From Escherichia phage BF15, in the sequence record MW822007.1: a stretch of DNA of 64,000 bases. The stretch is one strand, 5' to 3'. Below, in pieces: positions 9,448 to 18,679 of the stretch. Under the pieces are notes generated by a model. The model was not told the origin of the DNA, made no database searches, and was given only the letters and a program-made list of their open reading frames with translations. Positions within the stretch are counted from its first letter, which is position 1. Every line of letters starts with the position of its first letter. A program made the position numbers and the translations under genes.

Positions 9448-10353
9448 TTAAGATTTAAGTAAATCAACAATTTTAATTAATTTTTCACGTTCAGATTTAG
9501 CTTTACTACTCAGTCCAGATAGTCTGAAAATTTCATCGTCATATTGTTGAATAGAAATATTCAGCTCTTCAATCTGTTTATTAAAATAATCAATTTGTTC
9601 AGAATGTTTTTCGTTACTACGAACTGGCACAGGTTTTGTAGGCAATTTAGTTGAACTGGATTCATCCGGGCGATAAATTAAAATACAATTTGAACCAATT
9701 GGGCATTTAGCACCAGACACATATTCTAGTGTTCCAGCTTCTTTTAAAACTTCAAAAGCTAAACAGAGATGATGACCCATATTGACATAATCTGTAGAGT
9801 GAGCTCTGACGTAATAATCATCTCCACGAGTACTAAATTTAAAGCATTTAAGGTCTTCTGTATTATTGGTCTTAAAAATCATTTGTTTATCTAGACCTTT
9901 AGCTAATCGAGCGCCCAATGCTAATAATCGTCGTTGATTTTCCCACAAATCCGCAATCATTTGATCGAATGATAATTTCGGCATTAGTCGACCATAAAGG
10001 TCATATCCTTTATTATAATTACGAAGGATTTCACTCGCATTAATACGAGACAATGCTCCAATTTTATTAAGGGCTTTCATAATGCGATTAGATAAACTCA
10101 TTCCAGATCCGCTTGTTCGCTGTAAATGTTTTTCTAATCCAAAGCCAATATCAACTTTAAACTTATCTAAAATTTCGGCATGAACATCTCTGTCAATAAC
10201 ATTCAAATCCAAAGTTGGGTTAAATCTATGAAAAAATTTATCTGGCTCTCCACGACGAAATACAGTCCATTCATTCATCATTTTTTTATTAACTAAAGAT
10301 TTAATTACTGCATTGACATTATTAATTACTACTGACATATTTTCCTCACTCAA
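9448..10353 (-). CDS. paralog-array protein 4, C-terminal coiled coil
   Basis: 301 aa; C-terminal coiled coil; 8-nt gap to protein 3. Confidence 0.55.
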   Translation of the reverse strand: MSEENMSVVINNVNAVIKSLVNKKMMNEWTVFRRGEPDKFFHRFNPTLDLNVIDRDVHAEILDKFKVDIGFGLEKHLQRTSGSGMSLSNRIMKALNKIGALSRINASEILRNYNKGYDLYGRLMPKLSFDQMIADLWENQRRLLALGARLAKGLDKQMIFKTNNTEDLKCFKFSTRGDDYYVRAHSTDYVNMGHHLCLAFEVLKEAGTLEYVSGAKCPIGSNCILIYRPDESSSTKLPTKPVPVRSNEKHSEQIDYFNKQIEELNISIQQYDDEIFRLSGLSSKAKSEREKLIKIVDLLKS

Positions 10354-10747
10354 TTTTACTAATTACGTGGAATAAGATTGAACAGACTATATAAGTACCA
10401 CATATAGATTGAACTAATGCCATTCCAAAGAACCAAACAATATTATCAAACCATGTCTGTTTTACGTCGAAAGGACGTAAACTTACAGTAATATTATCAC
10501 CTTTTTCTATTGAAGAATACATCTCTGGGGAAATATATTCACTAAATCTATAACCGTCTTTGAGTTCATATACGGCAATAAACGATAAACTAGACCCCTT
10601 TCCTTGTGTTCCTGTAATAGTATTAACTACAGTAACATCATAATCTTTATAATGCATATAATCATTAATTGCGTAATAACCATATGCAACTACTACACAT
10701 AAACAACATATCAATAAATTCAATCTTTTAATTATCAACCGTTTCAT
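10346..10747 (-). CDS. membrane protein
   Basis: N-terminal TM (LLICCLCVVVAYGYYAI) and C-terminal TM; overlaps start of paralog 4. Confidence 0.5.
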   Translation of the reverse strand: MKRLIIKRLNLLICCLCVVVAYGYYAINDYMHYKDYDVTVVNTITGTQGKGSSLSFIAVYELKDGYRFSEYISPEMYSSIEKGDNITVSLRPFDVKQTWFDNIVWFFGMALVQSICGTYIVCSILFHVISKIE

Positions 10748-10776
10748 AATAATCTCAATTAAAAGGGCTTAGAACC

Positions 10777-10799
10777 ATTATACCATCCTTGGTATAAAG
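10777..10799 (-). promoter_or_regulatory. early-type promoter (TGGTATAAT with AAGGATGG spacer)
   Basis: upstream of the 10346-10747 operon. Confidence 0.4.
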
Positions 10800-10802
10800 C
10801 GG

Positions 10803-11330
10803 TTATGCGAGTACCGTCTTTAACCGTTCTTCAAACTTCCGAAGAGTATTTTGGCGTTCAGCTCTTTGCTTTTTGTAAGTTTCAATACGCTCTGAAATGA
10901 GAGTGTATCGTTCATTTACTGATTCTTTCATAAAATCAGGAATTTCACGAGAAGCTTTAATCTCGTCAAATTTATCAATAACAGCTTGCTCTTCAGCAAT
11001 TAAGTTATCATACATCAAAATATCTTTCTTGATGAACTCAATATCTTCTTGAGTTACACGAGATAATTTAGATGCTTTATCCTTTTTGTACTGTTCATTA
11101 GTATCACGAGACCAGTGTAATGTACGATTTTTATTCGTATTTTTGTAAATTTCTACAATACCAATCTCATCGATAATAACGATCCAATTCCAACGAGATT
11201 TGTAAATTTGCCCTCCGTCAACCGTGATTTCACCTCCGATTGAGATGTCATTAAAGAACTTGCTTTGCGCTTCAGATTTAAATTTACCATCATTGTAATT
11301 TACCAAGTTGAAAATATCTTTAGCGTTCAT
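10803..11330 (-). CDS. hypothetical coiled-coil protein
   Basis: start set at ATG with GGAGG SD (MNAKDIF); the track ORF extends through the promoter. Confidence 0.5.
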   Translation of the reverse strand: MNAKDIFNLVNYNDGKFKSEAQSKFFNDISIGGEITVDGGQIYKSRWNWIVIIDEIGIVEIYKNTNKNRTLHWSRDTNEQYKKDKASKLSRVTQEDIEFIKKDILMYDNLIAEEQAVIDKFDEIKASREIPDFMKESVNERYTLISERIETYKKQRAERQNTLRKFEERLKTVLA

Positions 11331-11358
11331 TTTGTGTTCCTCCGTAGTTGATAGTTGT

Positions 11359-11388
11359 ATAGTACCACAGAGGAACGGTCTTGTAAAC
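11359..11388 (-). promoter_or_regulatory. early promoter (GTTTAC, 15 nt, TGGTACTAT)
   Basis: conserved block TGGTACTATACAACTATCAACTAC then SD. Confidence 0.5.
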
Positions 11389-11390
11389 AA

Positions 11391-11693
11391 CTAAAAGAAA
11401 CTTCTTTCACAATTTTTTCCACTGAACCAAGCGCTCACTGCTTTCTTAGTCTCAGGAGCAGTATTATCCATAAACCATTCAAAAGCAGCCTTTTTATGAT
11501 TCTGGAGGGCTTCTCGGGCTTTAATCTGCTCACGGTCTATTAACACTAACATATGAGCCTTTCTTGTCACCATGGGCTTCTTATGATTTTTTGAATACTC
11601 CCAATCATTTGTCCATCGCATCGTTGTTGCGAATTGAAGTACAGCTTCTTTAATTTTAGTTTCGTAAATTTCACGAGCCTTTGAGTATAACAT
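11391..11693 (-). CDS. hypothetical protein
   Basis: start at second ATG with GGAGG SD (MLYSKAREIY). Confidence 0.45.
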   Translation of the reverse strand: MLYSKAREIYETKIKEAVLQFATTMRWTNDWEYSKNHKKPMVTRKAHMLVLIDREQIKAREALQNHKKAAFEWFMDNTAPETKKAVSAWFSGKNCERSFF

Positions 11694-11775
11694 CACTACC
11701 TCCATTTACCAGTTTAATTCTAGTCATCTTTTTGATGGCAGTCCATATAATCTATTTCTGAACTGCCTTTTTGTC

Positions 11776-12495
11776 TTAGGATTCTTCTAAATGTCTTTTC
11801 TGAAAAGTTGATACCATACTACGATACGGTTCATTTGGATATCCGTGTTTTATAGCTTCCTTTGTAAATTTTCTCCATCCACATTTAGTTTCTTTCCAAA
11901 GCTCGAATAATTCATCTTCATACTGCCATATAGTTAAATGAGAACGCTTTGCAGCTTTAATTCCATTAATATGCTTTTCTTTTACTGCAGGATTGCTTAG
12001 TTTCTTTTTAATAATATTACTAACTTTTCTAACAAAAACCGGGTCCTTATATCGTTGCGAAGTTTTTATTGAAGTGTTTAATTTAGCTTCCGGCGTGGAT
12101 GTGACCTCTTTCATCTTTTTCTTCATATGCTGTATATGATTAGGATTTTTCCATAAATTTATAGAATGCTTTTTGCATTTTATCCTAGTTTCATCTGCAA
12201 CCTTTCCTCCTTCACCCCCGTATGACAGGTTAACACAGTTTTTTCCATATTTCAATTTACCTGCCATGATATATAATATTTCAGCTTGTACCATTTTATC
12301 ATAATTATCAAAAACTTCTAAAACCGTTTTTGACAATATGTGGTCATTTGACACTTTTACACGTTCTATATAATTTCCACTACCAACATACGAATCATTG
12401 ATATTATTAGTTATATGTCGACCATAATAATATTTCTTAACGCCAGTCTTTAAATTTAATATTTCAGTTTTATAGATAGTAAAATATTTTTTCAT
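11776..12495 (-). CDS. GIY-YIG homing endonuclease (Seg-like)
   Basis: N-terminal GIY-YIG-like (FTIYK...YYYGRH), shared GGEGG motif with the segB-like gene at 29672. Confidence 0.6.
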   Translation of the reverse strand: MKKYFTIYKTEILNLKTGVKKYYYGRHITNNINDSYVGSGNYIERVKVSNDHILSKTVLEVFDNYDKMVQAEILYIMAGKLKYGKNCVNLSYGGEGGKVADETRIKCKKHSINLWKNPNHIQHMKKKMKEVTSTPEAKLNTSIKTSQRYKDPVFVRKVSNIIKKKLSNPAVKEKHINGIKAAKRSHLTIWQYEDELFELWKETKCGWRKFTKEAIKHGYPNEPYRSMVSTFQKRHLEES

Positions 12496-13460
12496 TTTAA
12501 CAATACCGTTTCAGCGATTTCTTCCCAATAGTTTTTGTCGGTCATAATAAAGTCAGCAAGATAAAGAGCAGTACGCAGTGAAACATTACGTAAACGGTTA
12601 ACATTGACTTTCATCCATGATAATGCTTTATAAGTTTCTTCATCAGAAAGACCGCGTTTTTGCATCATGTCAGTTGAAAGAATAACATCTTCAACCCTGA
12701 CCATAATTTCTTCATTAGTGTGAACACCCAAATCTAAATAAACTGAGCGGGACACTAATGCTTGTAAATGTGGAGCAAGTTTAGTACCACGGTCTAATTC
12801 GCGGTCAATATCAACGTTTGTGATAAAAACAATCGTTCCTTTAAATTCAAACTCACGGTCAATGCCTTTTTCTTCTAAGTAAGAAGATGCAGTGCTCCAG
12901 CAGACTTTACGGGTCTCTCCAGTGTCCAGAGCAGCTTTCAGAAGATTAAGAATGTCCATATCAGAGAAAACATCCACATCATCAATCAAAAGGACAGAAT
13001 TCTCTTCACGATTATTCCAAAGCTGCTCATAAAGACCGATACCAGAGATTTTACCATTAATGCTTTTATATTCAATGTATCCAATATCATTTGCTTTATT
13101 TAAAGCTTTATCTAAAGAATACGTTTTACCAATACCCGCCGCACCAGAGATAATTAATGAACGAATATTTCCATTAATAATACCATTCGTCATCATTCCC
13201 ATAACATTAAATCTTTTATTAATGCGGGTTTTCATATCTTCATATGATTCTTTAACTTCTTCAACTTTTACACCATCATATGAAATATCTGATTTGTAAA
13301 CCCAAACACCGCGACGTTTACCGTCAATTTCAACAAAAACTTTACCATCTCCTTGTGCATCTACCGGAGCATTATCTGGGAACCATTCGCCTAAGAGCTC
13401 AAAAGTTCCAGAGATTTCTTTACCGAAGTAGATACCCTTATTGATAGTTACAGTTTTCAT
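12492..13460 (-). CDS. P-loop ATPase
   Basis: Walker A GAAGIGKT, Walker B LLIDDVD; start trimmed to MKTVTINKG after promoter. Confidence 0.6.
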   Translation of the reverse strand: MKTVTINKGIYFGKEISGTFELLGEWFPDNAPVDAQGDGKVFVEIDGKRRGVWVYKSDISYDGVKVEEVKESYEDMKTRINKRFNVMGMMTNGIINGNIRSLIISGAAGIGKTYSLDKALNKANDIGYIEYKSINGKISGIGLYEQLWNNREENSVLLIDDVDVFSDMDILNLLKAALDTGETRKVCWSTASSYLEEKGIDREFEFKGTIVFITNVDIDRELDRGTKLAPHLQALVSRSVYLDLGVHTNEEIMVRVEDVILSTDMMQKRGLSDEETYKALSWMKVNVNRLRNVSLRTALYLADFIMTDKNYWEEIAETVLLK

Positions 13461-13496
13461 TTTATTCTCCAAATCCGTATCAGTAGTTGATAGTTG

Positions 13497-13527
13497 TATA
13501 GTACCATAAAGCTTTATGCTTGTAAAC
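13497..13527 (-). promoter_or_regulatory. early promoter (GTTTAC, 15 nt, TGGTACTAT)
   Basis: same conserved block as at 11359. Confidence 0.5.
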
Positions 13528-13548
13528 CGTTCTGTGAAAAAATTTTTG

Positions 13549-13576
13549 AAATAAAAAAGGGAGCCCGAAGGCTCCC
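13549..13576 (-). terminator. rho-independent terminator
   Basis: GGGAGCC-TTCG-GGCTCCC then TTTTTTAT on minus strand after stop of 13579-14592. Confidence 0.7.
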
Positions 13577-13578
13577 TA

Positions 13579-14592
13579 TCATTTATAATAACTTCGGTGG
13601 TTTTCAAGATAAACCCTCTCAAGGAAGTCATCCCAGAAACTCATGTCTACTTTTTGCTGCATACCGTTCTTAGAAGCTTTAATGGATGCTGCTTCTACTT
13701 GATCGACAACATCTTCCAAAAACTCTTGAACAGTTTTAAATGGATGTTTACCCAACTTCACGTCGAGAATAAATGGAGCGTCTTGAAGTGGATAAATCAA
13801 GTCGCCAGTTTTGTAAATTTCCAATAGTTGAAGTCCACCACGACAAGCATGACTCAGAGCTTTCCAGTCAATACCTTCGTTGGCTTCGGCCTTACGAGCG
13901 CGTTCACCGTATTCAGCATCAAGTTTATTCAAAGACTGCTTAAGCTCAATAAGAGAAAGCGTTGTCTGATATTTACGACCCAACACAGTATAGAACGTTT
14001 GCGGGCCTGTTTTCTCATGATTATGGAACACCCATTCACAGAATTCGTTTTCTGGAAGACGATGCTTAATATCTTCAACTTTAGTGCGACGCTGCTTAAT
14101 GGAACCATCTTCTTGGTAATCAACCCACTGGTCAGGGATTTGATTAACTACTTTCAATACATCACGCAATGCAGCCAAACGAGAACCCTTGACACCGTAT
14201 TTAGAAGCTTGCTTGCGGACATATCCTAAATAGGATTTCATGTTAGTCGTATAGAACCGAGAACGATTGTCTTGGATAAATTTCCATACATCAGGTAAAT
14301 CAGATTTAACCACTAGTTCAGGTGGAGTGTGAAGCATATCCAATGCTACAGTTTCACCATCTGCTGCTAATTTAAAGAAATACTTAAGACTGTATAGTTC
14401 ATGGTCAATATCATCTTTAGTGTTTTTAGATGATGTGTTGTTAGTGTTTTTACTCATATGCTCTTTAACATTTCCGATAAGAATATCGCGAGCAGGAGGA
14501 ACAAAGATTTCTTTAAAATCCACATCAGATTCTGGAGTAGAAGTTCCATAAAGATGACTACCAAAATAGCTTTTCATTACTGTTTTCATCAT
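13579..14592 (-). CDS. polymerase-beta-fold nucleotidyltransferase-like protein
   Basis: N-terminal GSHLYGTSTPESDVD (GS-x9-DxD signature); 337 aa. Confidence 0.5.
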   Translation of the reverse strand: MMKTVMKSYFGSHLYGTSTPESDVDFKEIFVPPARDILIGNVKEHMSKNTNNTSSKNTKDDIDHELYSLKYFFKLAADGETVALDMLHTPPELVVKSDLPDVWKFIQDNRSRFYTTNMKSYLGYVRKQASKYGVKGSRLAALRDVLKVVNQIPDQWVDYQEDGSIKQRRTKVEDIKHRLPENEFCEWVFHNHEKTGPQTFYTVLGRKYQTTLSLIELKQSLNKLDAEYGERARKAEANEGIDWKALSHACRGGLQLLEIYKTGDLIYPLQDAPFILDVKLGKHPFKTVQEFLEDVVDQVEAASIKASKNGMQQKVDMSFWDDFLERVYLENHRSYYK

Positions 14593-15050
14593 TCAGCCTT
14601 ATATTCAATAACAGGACATACTTTAGCTTTACGAGCTTTTAAAAATTCGACGATAATAGACTTCTTGGGTTGAATAGGAGGTAAACCTTTATACGCCCTA
14701 TCAATATTTTCTACATGTAAAGCATAATCCTTTTTCCATTTATAATCTTTATATTTTTCATGCAGTTGTGCAGGAATAACAAATGAACCAATAATAAGTA
14801 AAACAAGCAAAATGGCAAGTATAAATGCTGATGGAATAAGAGTCCATAAACTACTAAAAATAAGCCAACGTTGTAAACTTTCTGCGCAGATAATAGTTAG
14901 ACCTGCGAGTATAGTACATCCGAAAAAAGAAACGAAAAATGTAGGAATAACAATAGACCAAAAATACGCGCATAGTGTCTTAGGTCGTTTCCATTCATCA
15001 TTAAACATTTTGAATAATTTATAGTGCCAAGAGCTTTCATTAATAATCAT
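14589..15050 (-). CDS. membrane protein
   Basis: three to four hydrophobic helices. Confidence 0.45.
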   Translation of the reverse strand: MIINESSWHYKLFKMFNDEWKRPKTLCAYFWSIVIPTFFVSFFGCTILAGLTIICAESLQRWLIFSSLWTLIPSAFILAILLVLLIIGSFVIPAQLHEKYKDYKWKKDYALHVENIDRAYKGLPPIQPKKSIIVEFLKARKAKVCPVIEYKAE

Positions 15051-15052
15051 AA

Positions 15053-15574
15053 TTATCCTTTCATTGAAGGTGTAACGGTTGTTAAATACTTAATCATAGC
15101 TTCAGCTTCTGATTTTGATAATGAAATTTCTCCATTGTTTTGACGAATAGAAATAAAATCCGGATGACGGTCACCGCCCGCTTTCAAAACACACATATAG
15201 GTATCAGTTTCATCTTCAATATTTGAAATAATTGAAGCAGTTCCGCATGAATGCGGTTTTTGATAAATCAATACGGCTTTTCTTCCACCGTTTGACTGTT
15301 CATAAACTTTTAACACATCAAACAAATCACTTCTTTTATCAATAGCTAAGATGTTGTTTTCATCTTCAATGTTAAATCCTTCGGATACTTCATAAAGCGT
15401 CACCCATAAATCACCTATATCGATAGTAGCATTTTCCTTTCCATGACTTTCAAGAGTATGACAAATTTTCTTGATTTCGTCATAACTCATTTTAATAATA
15501 TCATCTCCTTGAATAAGGAAGATGTCATTTTTAAATTCAACACGAATTAAACCACTTTCACTTGAAATAAACAT
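15053..15574 (-). CDS. hypothetical protein, paralog of the 15581-16138 protein
   Basis: shared C-terminal motif (A..K.YL..V.P(S/T)M). Confidence 0.5.
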   Translation of the reverse strand: MFISSESGLIRVEFKNDIFLIQGDDIIKMSYDEIKKICHTLESHGKENATIDIGDLWVTLYEVSEGFNIEDENNILAIDKRSDLFDVLKVYEQSNGGRKAVLIYQKPHSCGTASIISNIEDETDTYMCVLKAGGDRHPDFISIRQNNGEISLSKSEAEAMIKYLTTVTPSMKG

Positions 15575-15580
15575 ATTTCC

Positions 15581-16138
15581 TCACTTTGAAATCATAGTTG
15601 GAATGACAGAATCAAGATAAGTCTTTAGCGCAATAGCTTCGTCTTTGGTAAATGTGACAATATGTGATCGAAAATCGTCAATTTGGCGAATAGTTAAGAC
15701 ATCTCCCTCTTCATAACATTTTGATACATTTAAAAGAGTTTCATCATTCTGATTGCAAGCGTTAGTAATAATAGCATTGCAATTTTTGAGCCATTTTAAA
15801 CTATGTTTTCTTTCATTAGAATAATAAAAATATTTAATCTTAGCTATAAAACTATCCCAATGGATAACTGATAAACACATTGACTCACTGTTAATATTAA
15901 ATCCTGGGCATGAAGAATAAAAATGAATTTTGTGCTCATCATTGATGCTTACTATTTTATCAGTATAAGGATATTCAATTTGGGTTAAATGAATGATTTC
16001 ACTAGGCGTAAAATATAGCATATCGTCTTCTTGCGTCAAACGATACATGTTATTTACTTTTTCTATAGCCAATTCACCAAAAAGCGGACTAACTTCTAAT
16101 ACTAATCGTTTCATATTGATTCTCTTCGACTCACTCAC
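15581..16138 (-). CDS. hypothetical protein, paralog of the 15053-15574 protein
   Basis: 185 aa; track ORF begins at a GTG, true start uncertain. Confidence 0.45.
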   Translation of the reverse strand: MSESKRINMKRLVLEVSPLFGELAIEKVNNMYRLTQEDDMLYFTPSEIIHLTQIEYPYTDKIVSINDEHKIHFYSSCPGFNINSESMCLSVIHWDSFIAKIKYFYYSNERKHSLKWLKNCNAIITNACNQNDETLLNVSKCYEEGDVLTIRQIDDFRSHIVTFTKDEAIALKTYLDSVIPTMISK

Positions 16139-16270
16139 AATTACATACTCCTTTGAATAATATCAATAATGTTGTTCACCAGATTATAAGTAAACATTGG
16201 GTAATTATATTGAATCATCACATACACAACAAACAAAACTTTCATTCTCTTCTCCTTGGCAGTTGACAAG

Positions 16271-16303
16271 ATTACTATACCATAACCTTGCCAACTTGTA
16301 AAC
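16271..16303 (-). promoter_or_regulatory. early promoter (GTTTAC, 15 nt, TGGTATAGT)
   Basis: followed by AAGGAG SD. Confidence 0.45.
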
Positions 16304-16305
16304 CA

Positions 16306-16479
16306 TTAAATGACGTTTTCAATAAAATTCTGAAGCTTTGTGTGAGCATCAACCATGATTTTCATTTCTTCCTTTGCGAAAGCTGTACCTCTTTCCCGAG
16401 AAGAACACTCATAGTCAGAAACTGCATTAGCATATTCTTCAATTAGCTTCATTAAAAACATCTGCTTTTCAGTTTTCAT
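16306..16479 (-). CDS. small helical protein (57 aa), below the ORF-track cutoff
   Basis: hand translation MKTEKQMFLMKLIEEY...; resembles neighbouring ~60 aa genes. Confidence 0.35.
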   Translation of the reverse strand: MKTEKQMFLMKLIEEYANAVSDYECSSRERGTAFAKEEMKIMVDAHTKLQNFIENVI

Positions 16480-16663
16480 TATTCCACCTAATCATTTCAA
16501 GATATTGAACTAACTTAGCTTTGGATTTATCCAAATCCTTTTTAGCTGCTGCTATACCTTCGTATGAATATCCTTCACAGTGCTCAACTGCTAATTGATA
16601 TGAATCTATTTCAACATCACGTGCTAATTTAATGATTTTTTCAAACTGTTCTTGTGTCAGCAT
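16469..16663 (-). CDS. small helical protein
   Basis: 64 aa, MLTQEQFEKIIKL N-terminus. Confidence 0.45.
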   Translation of the reverse strand: MLTQEQFEKIIKLARDVEIDSYQLAVEHCEGYSYEGIAAAKKDLDKSKAKLVQYLEMIRWNNEN

Positions 16664-16665
16664 AC

Positions 16666-16869
16666 TTAAACTCTCGTATTGTGATCGATAATTTCATCAA
16701 GAAACATATCTAAAGCTTCTACGGCATTATCAACTTTAGCTTCAAATTCTTCAATACCTTTATTTGCAATACCTGACGAAAACCAACCAAAGTCACTAAG
16801 TTCCCCATCTGCTTTGCGAATTAAAGCTACCAATTCTTTAATTTTATCTGCTTGTTCTATACTAATCAT
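16666..16869 (-). CDS. small helical protein
   Basis: start trimmed to [13 protein letters not shown]. Confidence 0.4.
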   Translation of the reverse strand: MISIEQADKIKELVALIRKADGELSDFGWFSSGIANKGIEEFEAKVDNAVEALDMFLDEIIDHNTRV

Positions 16870-17057
16870 TATTCCACCACATATGAAAGAGAGAATATTG
16901 CGCACGCCATATGAGTTGCAGCTTCATCACACATATCATAACGTTTCTTAAGAAGTTCTACAAGTTCTTCACTAGTAACTTCATCCATGTCGACGAAAAA
17001 ATCACCATTAATGATGACGTAGATATTTCCTTCTTGATTAAGCGCTTCAATTTTCAT
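16869..17057 (-). CDS. small acidic protein
   Basis: start at ATG with GAGGAG SD (MKIEALNQ). Confidence 0.4.
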   Translation of the reverse strand: MKIEALNQEGNIYVIINGDFFVDMDEVTSEELVELLKKRYDMCDEAATHMACAIFSLSYVVE

Positions 17058-17084
17058 GATGTTCTCCTCTTTATCCGATGGTTG

Positions 17085-17115
17085 TATAGTATCACAGCTC
17101 AAATGGAAAGTAAAC
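17085..17115 (-). promoter_or_regulatory. early promoter (GTTTAC, 15 nt, TGATACTAT)
   Basis: consensus spacing. Confidence 0.45.
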
Positions 17116-17120
17116 CGGTA

Positions 17121-17148
17121 AAATGAAAAAAGTCTCCCGAAGGAGACT
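17121..17148 (-). terminator. rho-independent terminator
   Basis: GTCTCC-TTCG-GGAGAC then TTTTTTCATTTT on minus strand after 17153-17539. Confidence 0.6.
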
Positions 17149-17152
17149 AATG

Positions 17153-17539
17153 TTATTCGAGGGAAAGAAGATATTTACTTTGATAAAACATTCCAGTAAT
17201 ATCATCTATCGTGCTTTGAATGGCTGGAGGCATTTCTTTGTAAATGCTGTTAGATTGGTCTAGTATACGATCAATCATTTTAATTGTGTCGGTAGGAAGT
17301 TTACTAGCATCTGGAATTGAAGGTGTGTATTTTCTACCAGAATACCCCAAATACTGCTCACCAAATTTATCAATCAAATCTGGCAACTCAGAGAAAATAA
17401 AATCGTATGCCTTGTGTCTAGCATAACTTTTAGTTTCAAAATGCGCAGAATGAAAATAAGCTTGTGCAGCCATTAATAAACCTAAGTATTCATCTGCCTT
17501 TGAAGGTTTTCCACTTTGTGAAAAGTCGCTGAATTTCAT
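17153..17539 (-). CDS. rI.-1: conserved hypothetical protein in the rI.-1 position
   Basis: 128 aa; synteny upstream of rI. Confidence 0.5.
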   Translation of the reverse strand: MKFSDFSQSGKPSKADEYLGLLMAAQAYFHSAHFETKSYARHKAYDFIFSELPDLIDKFGEQYLGYSGRKYTPSIPDASKLPTDTIKMIDRILDQSNSIYKEMPPAIQSTIDDITGMFYQSKYLLSLE

Positions 17540-17829
17540 TCAGTCTCCAATTTAATGTTCATAATTCTAGCGTATGATTGTGCCATCTCCGCGCCTCGTT
17601 CTATACATTCAAAATCGGAAGAGCACGGGTCATTTTTATAGGTCGTTCGCATAAAACTATAGAACTGTTCAGATGATTCTACGCTTTTATTTTCAAAAAG
17701 CATATAAACATGTCTAATACCAGATTCCATAAATTTATCAAAATGAGGATCGACATTCGCTTCAATCGGCGGAGATAAAACAAACGTTAATCCTAGCATG
17801 GCAAATAGTGCCGTTGCTTTTAAGGCCAT
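17536..17829 (-). CDS. rI: lysis-inhibition regulator rI
   Basis: 97 aa; N-terminal signal-anchor then periplasmic domain; matches T4 RI as recalled. Confidence 0.8.
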   Translation of the reverse strand: MALKATALFAMLGLTFVLSPPIEANVDPHFDKFMESGIRHVYMLFENKSVESSEQFYSFMRTTYKNDPCSSDFECIERGAEMAQSYARIMNIKLETE

Positions 17830-17841
17830 AAAGGCCTCCTA

Positions 17842-18054
17842 TCATTTTTGTCCTGTATTTACTTTATGCCGATGCACGGCCTTAACTTTATCAAGGTATT
17901 TTTCAAAATTTCGCAATCTAGTATAGTCTGCCGGAGATTGGTTGAGTGATACTTCTCGACGCAAAGCTGAAATGATATTTCCAACTTCCCTACGAATTTC
18001 ATCTAATTGAAGCACAGTAAGATTGCGAAGTTGCTTTTCAGTTAATTGTAGCAT
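17842..18054 (-). CDS. rI.1: hypothetical protein
   Basis: 70 aa basic protein; synteny. Confidence 0.45.
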
Positions 18055-18096
18055 ATATACCCCTTTAGTTAGATAAACCTATTTATAACTTTTGCA

Positions 18097-18678
18097 CTAA
18101 CCGAGCTTTTTAGTTAATTCATTCCAATGTTTTCTACACAAAGAAACATAAATTTCATCACCAATACAGATTTGATTACCTTCTTTAACTGGTGTTCCAT
18201 CTTCCATTAATCGAGCTGTCATAATCGCTTTTTTACCGCAATGACAAACTGCTTTTAGTTCAATAAGTTTATCTGCAATCGCCAAAAGTTCTTTAGAACC
18301 TTCAAATAATTTTCCGGCGAAATCAGTCCTTAATCCATAAGCCATAACAGGAACATTATATGTATCAACAATTCGACTTAATTGATGCACCTGTTCAGTT
18401 TTTAAAAATTGGGCTTCATCTACAAATACGCAATGAATATCTTTTTGTGCTTCAGCCCATTTATAGAACTCGAAAATATCCATATCATCTGTAATAATAT
18501 TCGCTTCCTGCTTAATTCCAATGCGAGAAACGACTTCACAGACAGAATCGCGAGTATCAATAGCAGGCTTAAGAACTAATACACTCATTCCACGTTCTTT
18601 ATAATTATGTGCAGCAGTCAAAAGAGAAGCAGATTTTCCAGCATTCATTGCCGCATAAGTAAAAATTAAACTCGCCAT
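18097..18678 (-). CDS. tk: thymidine kinase
   Basis: 193 aa; P-loop NAGKS; C-terminal Zn motif CHCG...C. Confidence 0.9.
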   Translation of the reverse strand: MASLIFTYAAMNAGKSASLLTAAHNYKERGMSVLVLKPAIDTRDSVCEVVSRIGIKQEANIITDDMDIFEFYKWAEAQKDIHCVFVDEAQFLKTEQVHQLSRIVDTYNVPVMAYGLRTDFAGKLFEGSKELLAIADKLIELKAVCHCGKKAIMTARLMEDGTPVKEGNQICIGDEIYVSLCRKHWNELTKKLG

Positions 18679-18679
18679 T

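Noticed and set aside
13828-14229. 133-aa plus-strand ORF
   Set aside because: Antisense inside the well-supported nucleotidyltransferase-like gene; no promoter or SD.
16141-16245. Short hydrophobic ORF after a strong AAGGAG SD
   Set aside because: Careful translation gives only 20 codons (MKVLFVVYVMIQYNYPNVYL); too short to call without expression data.
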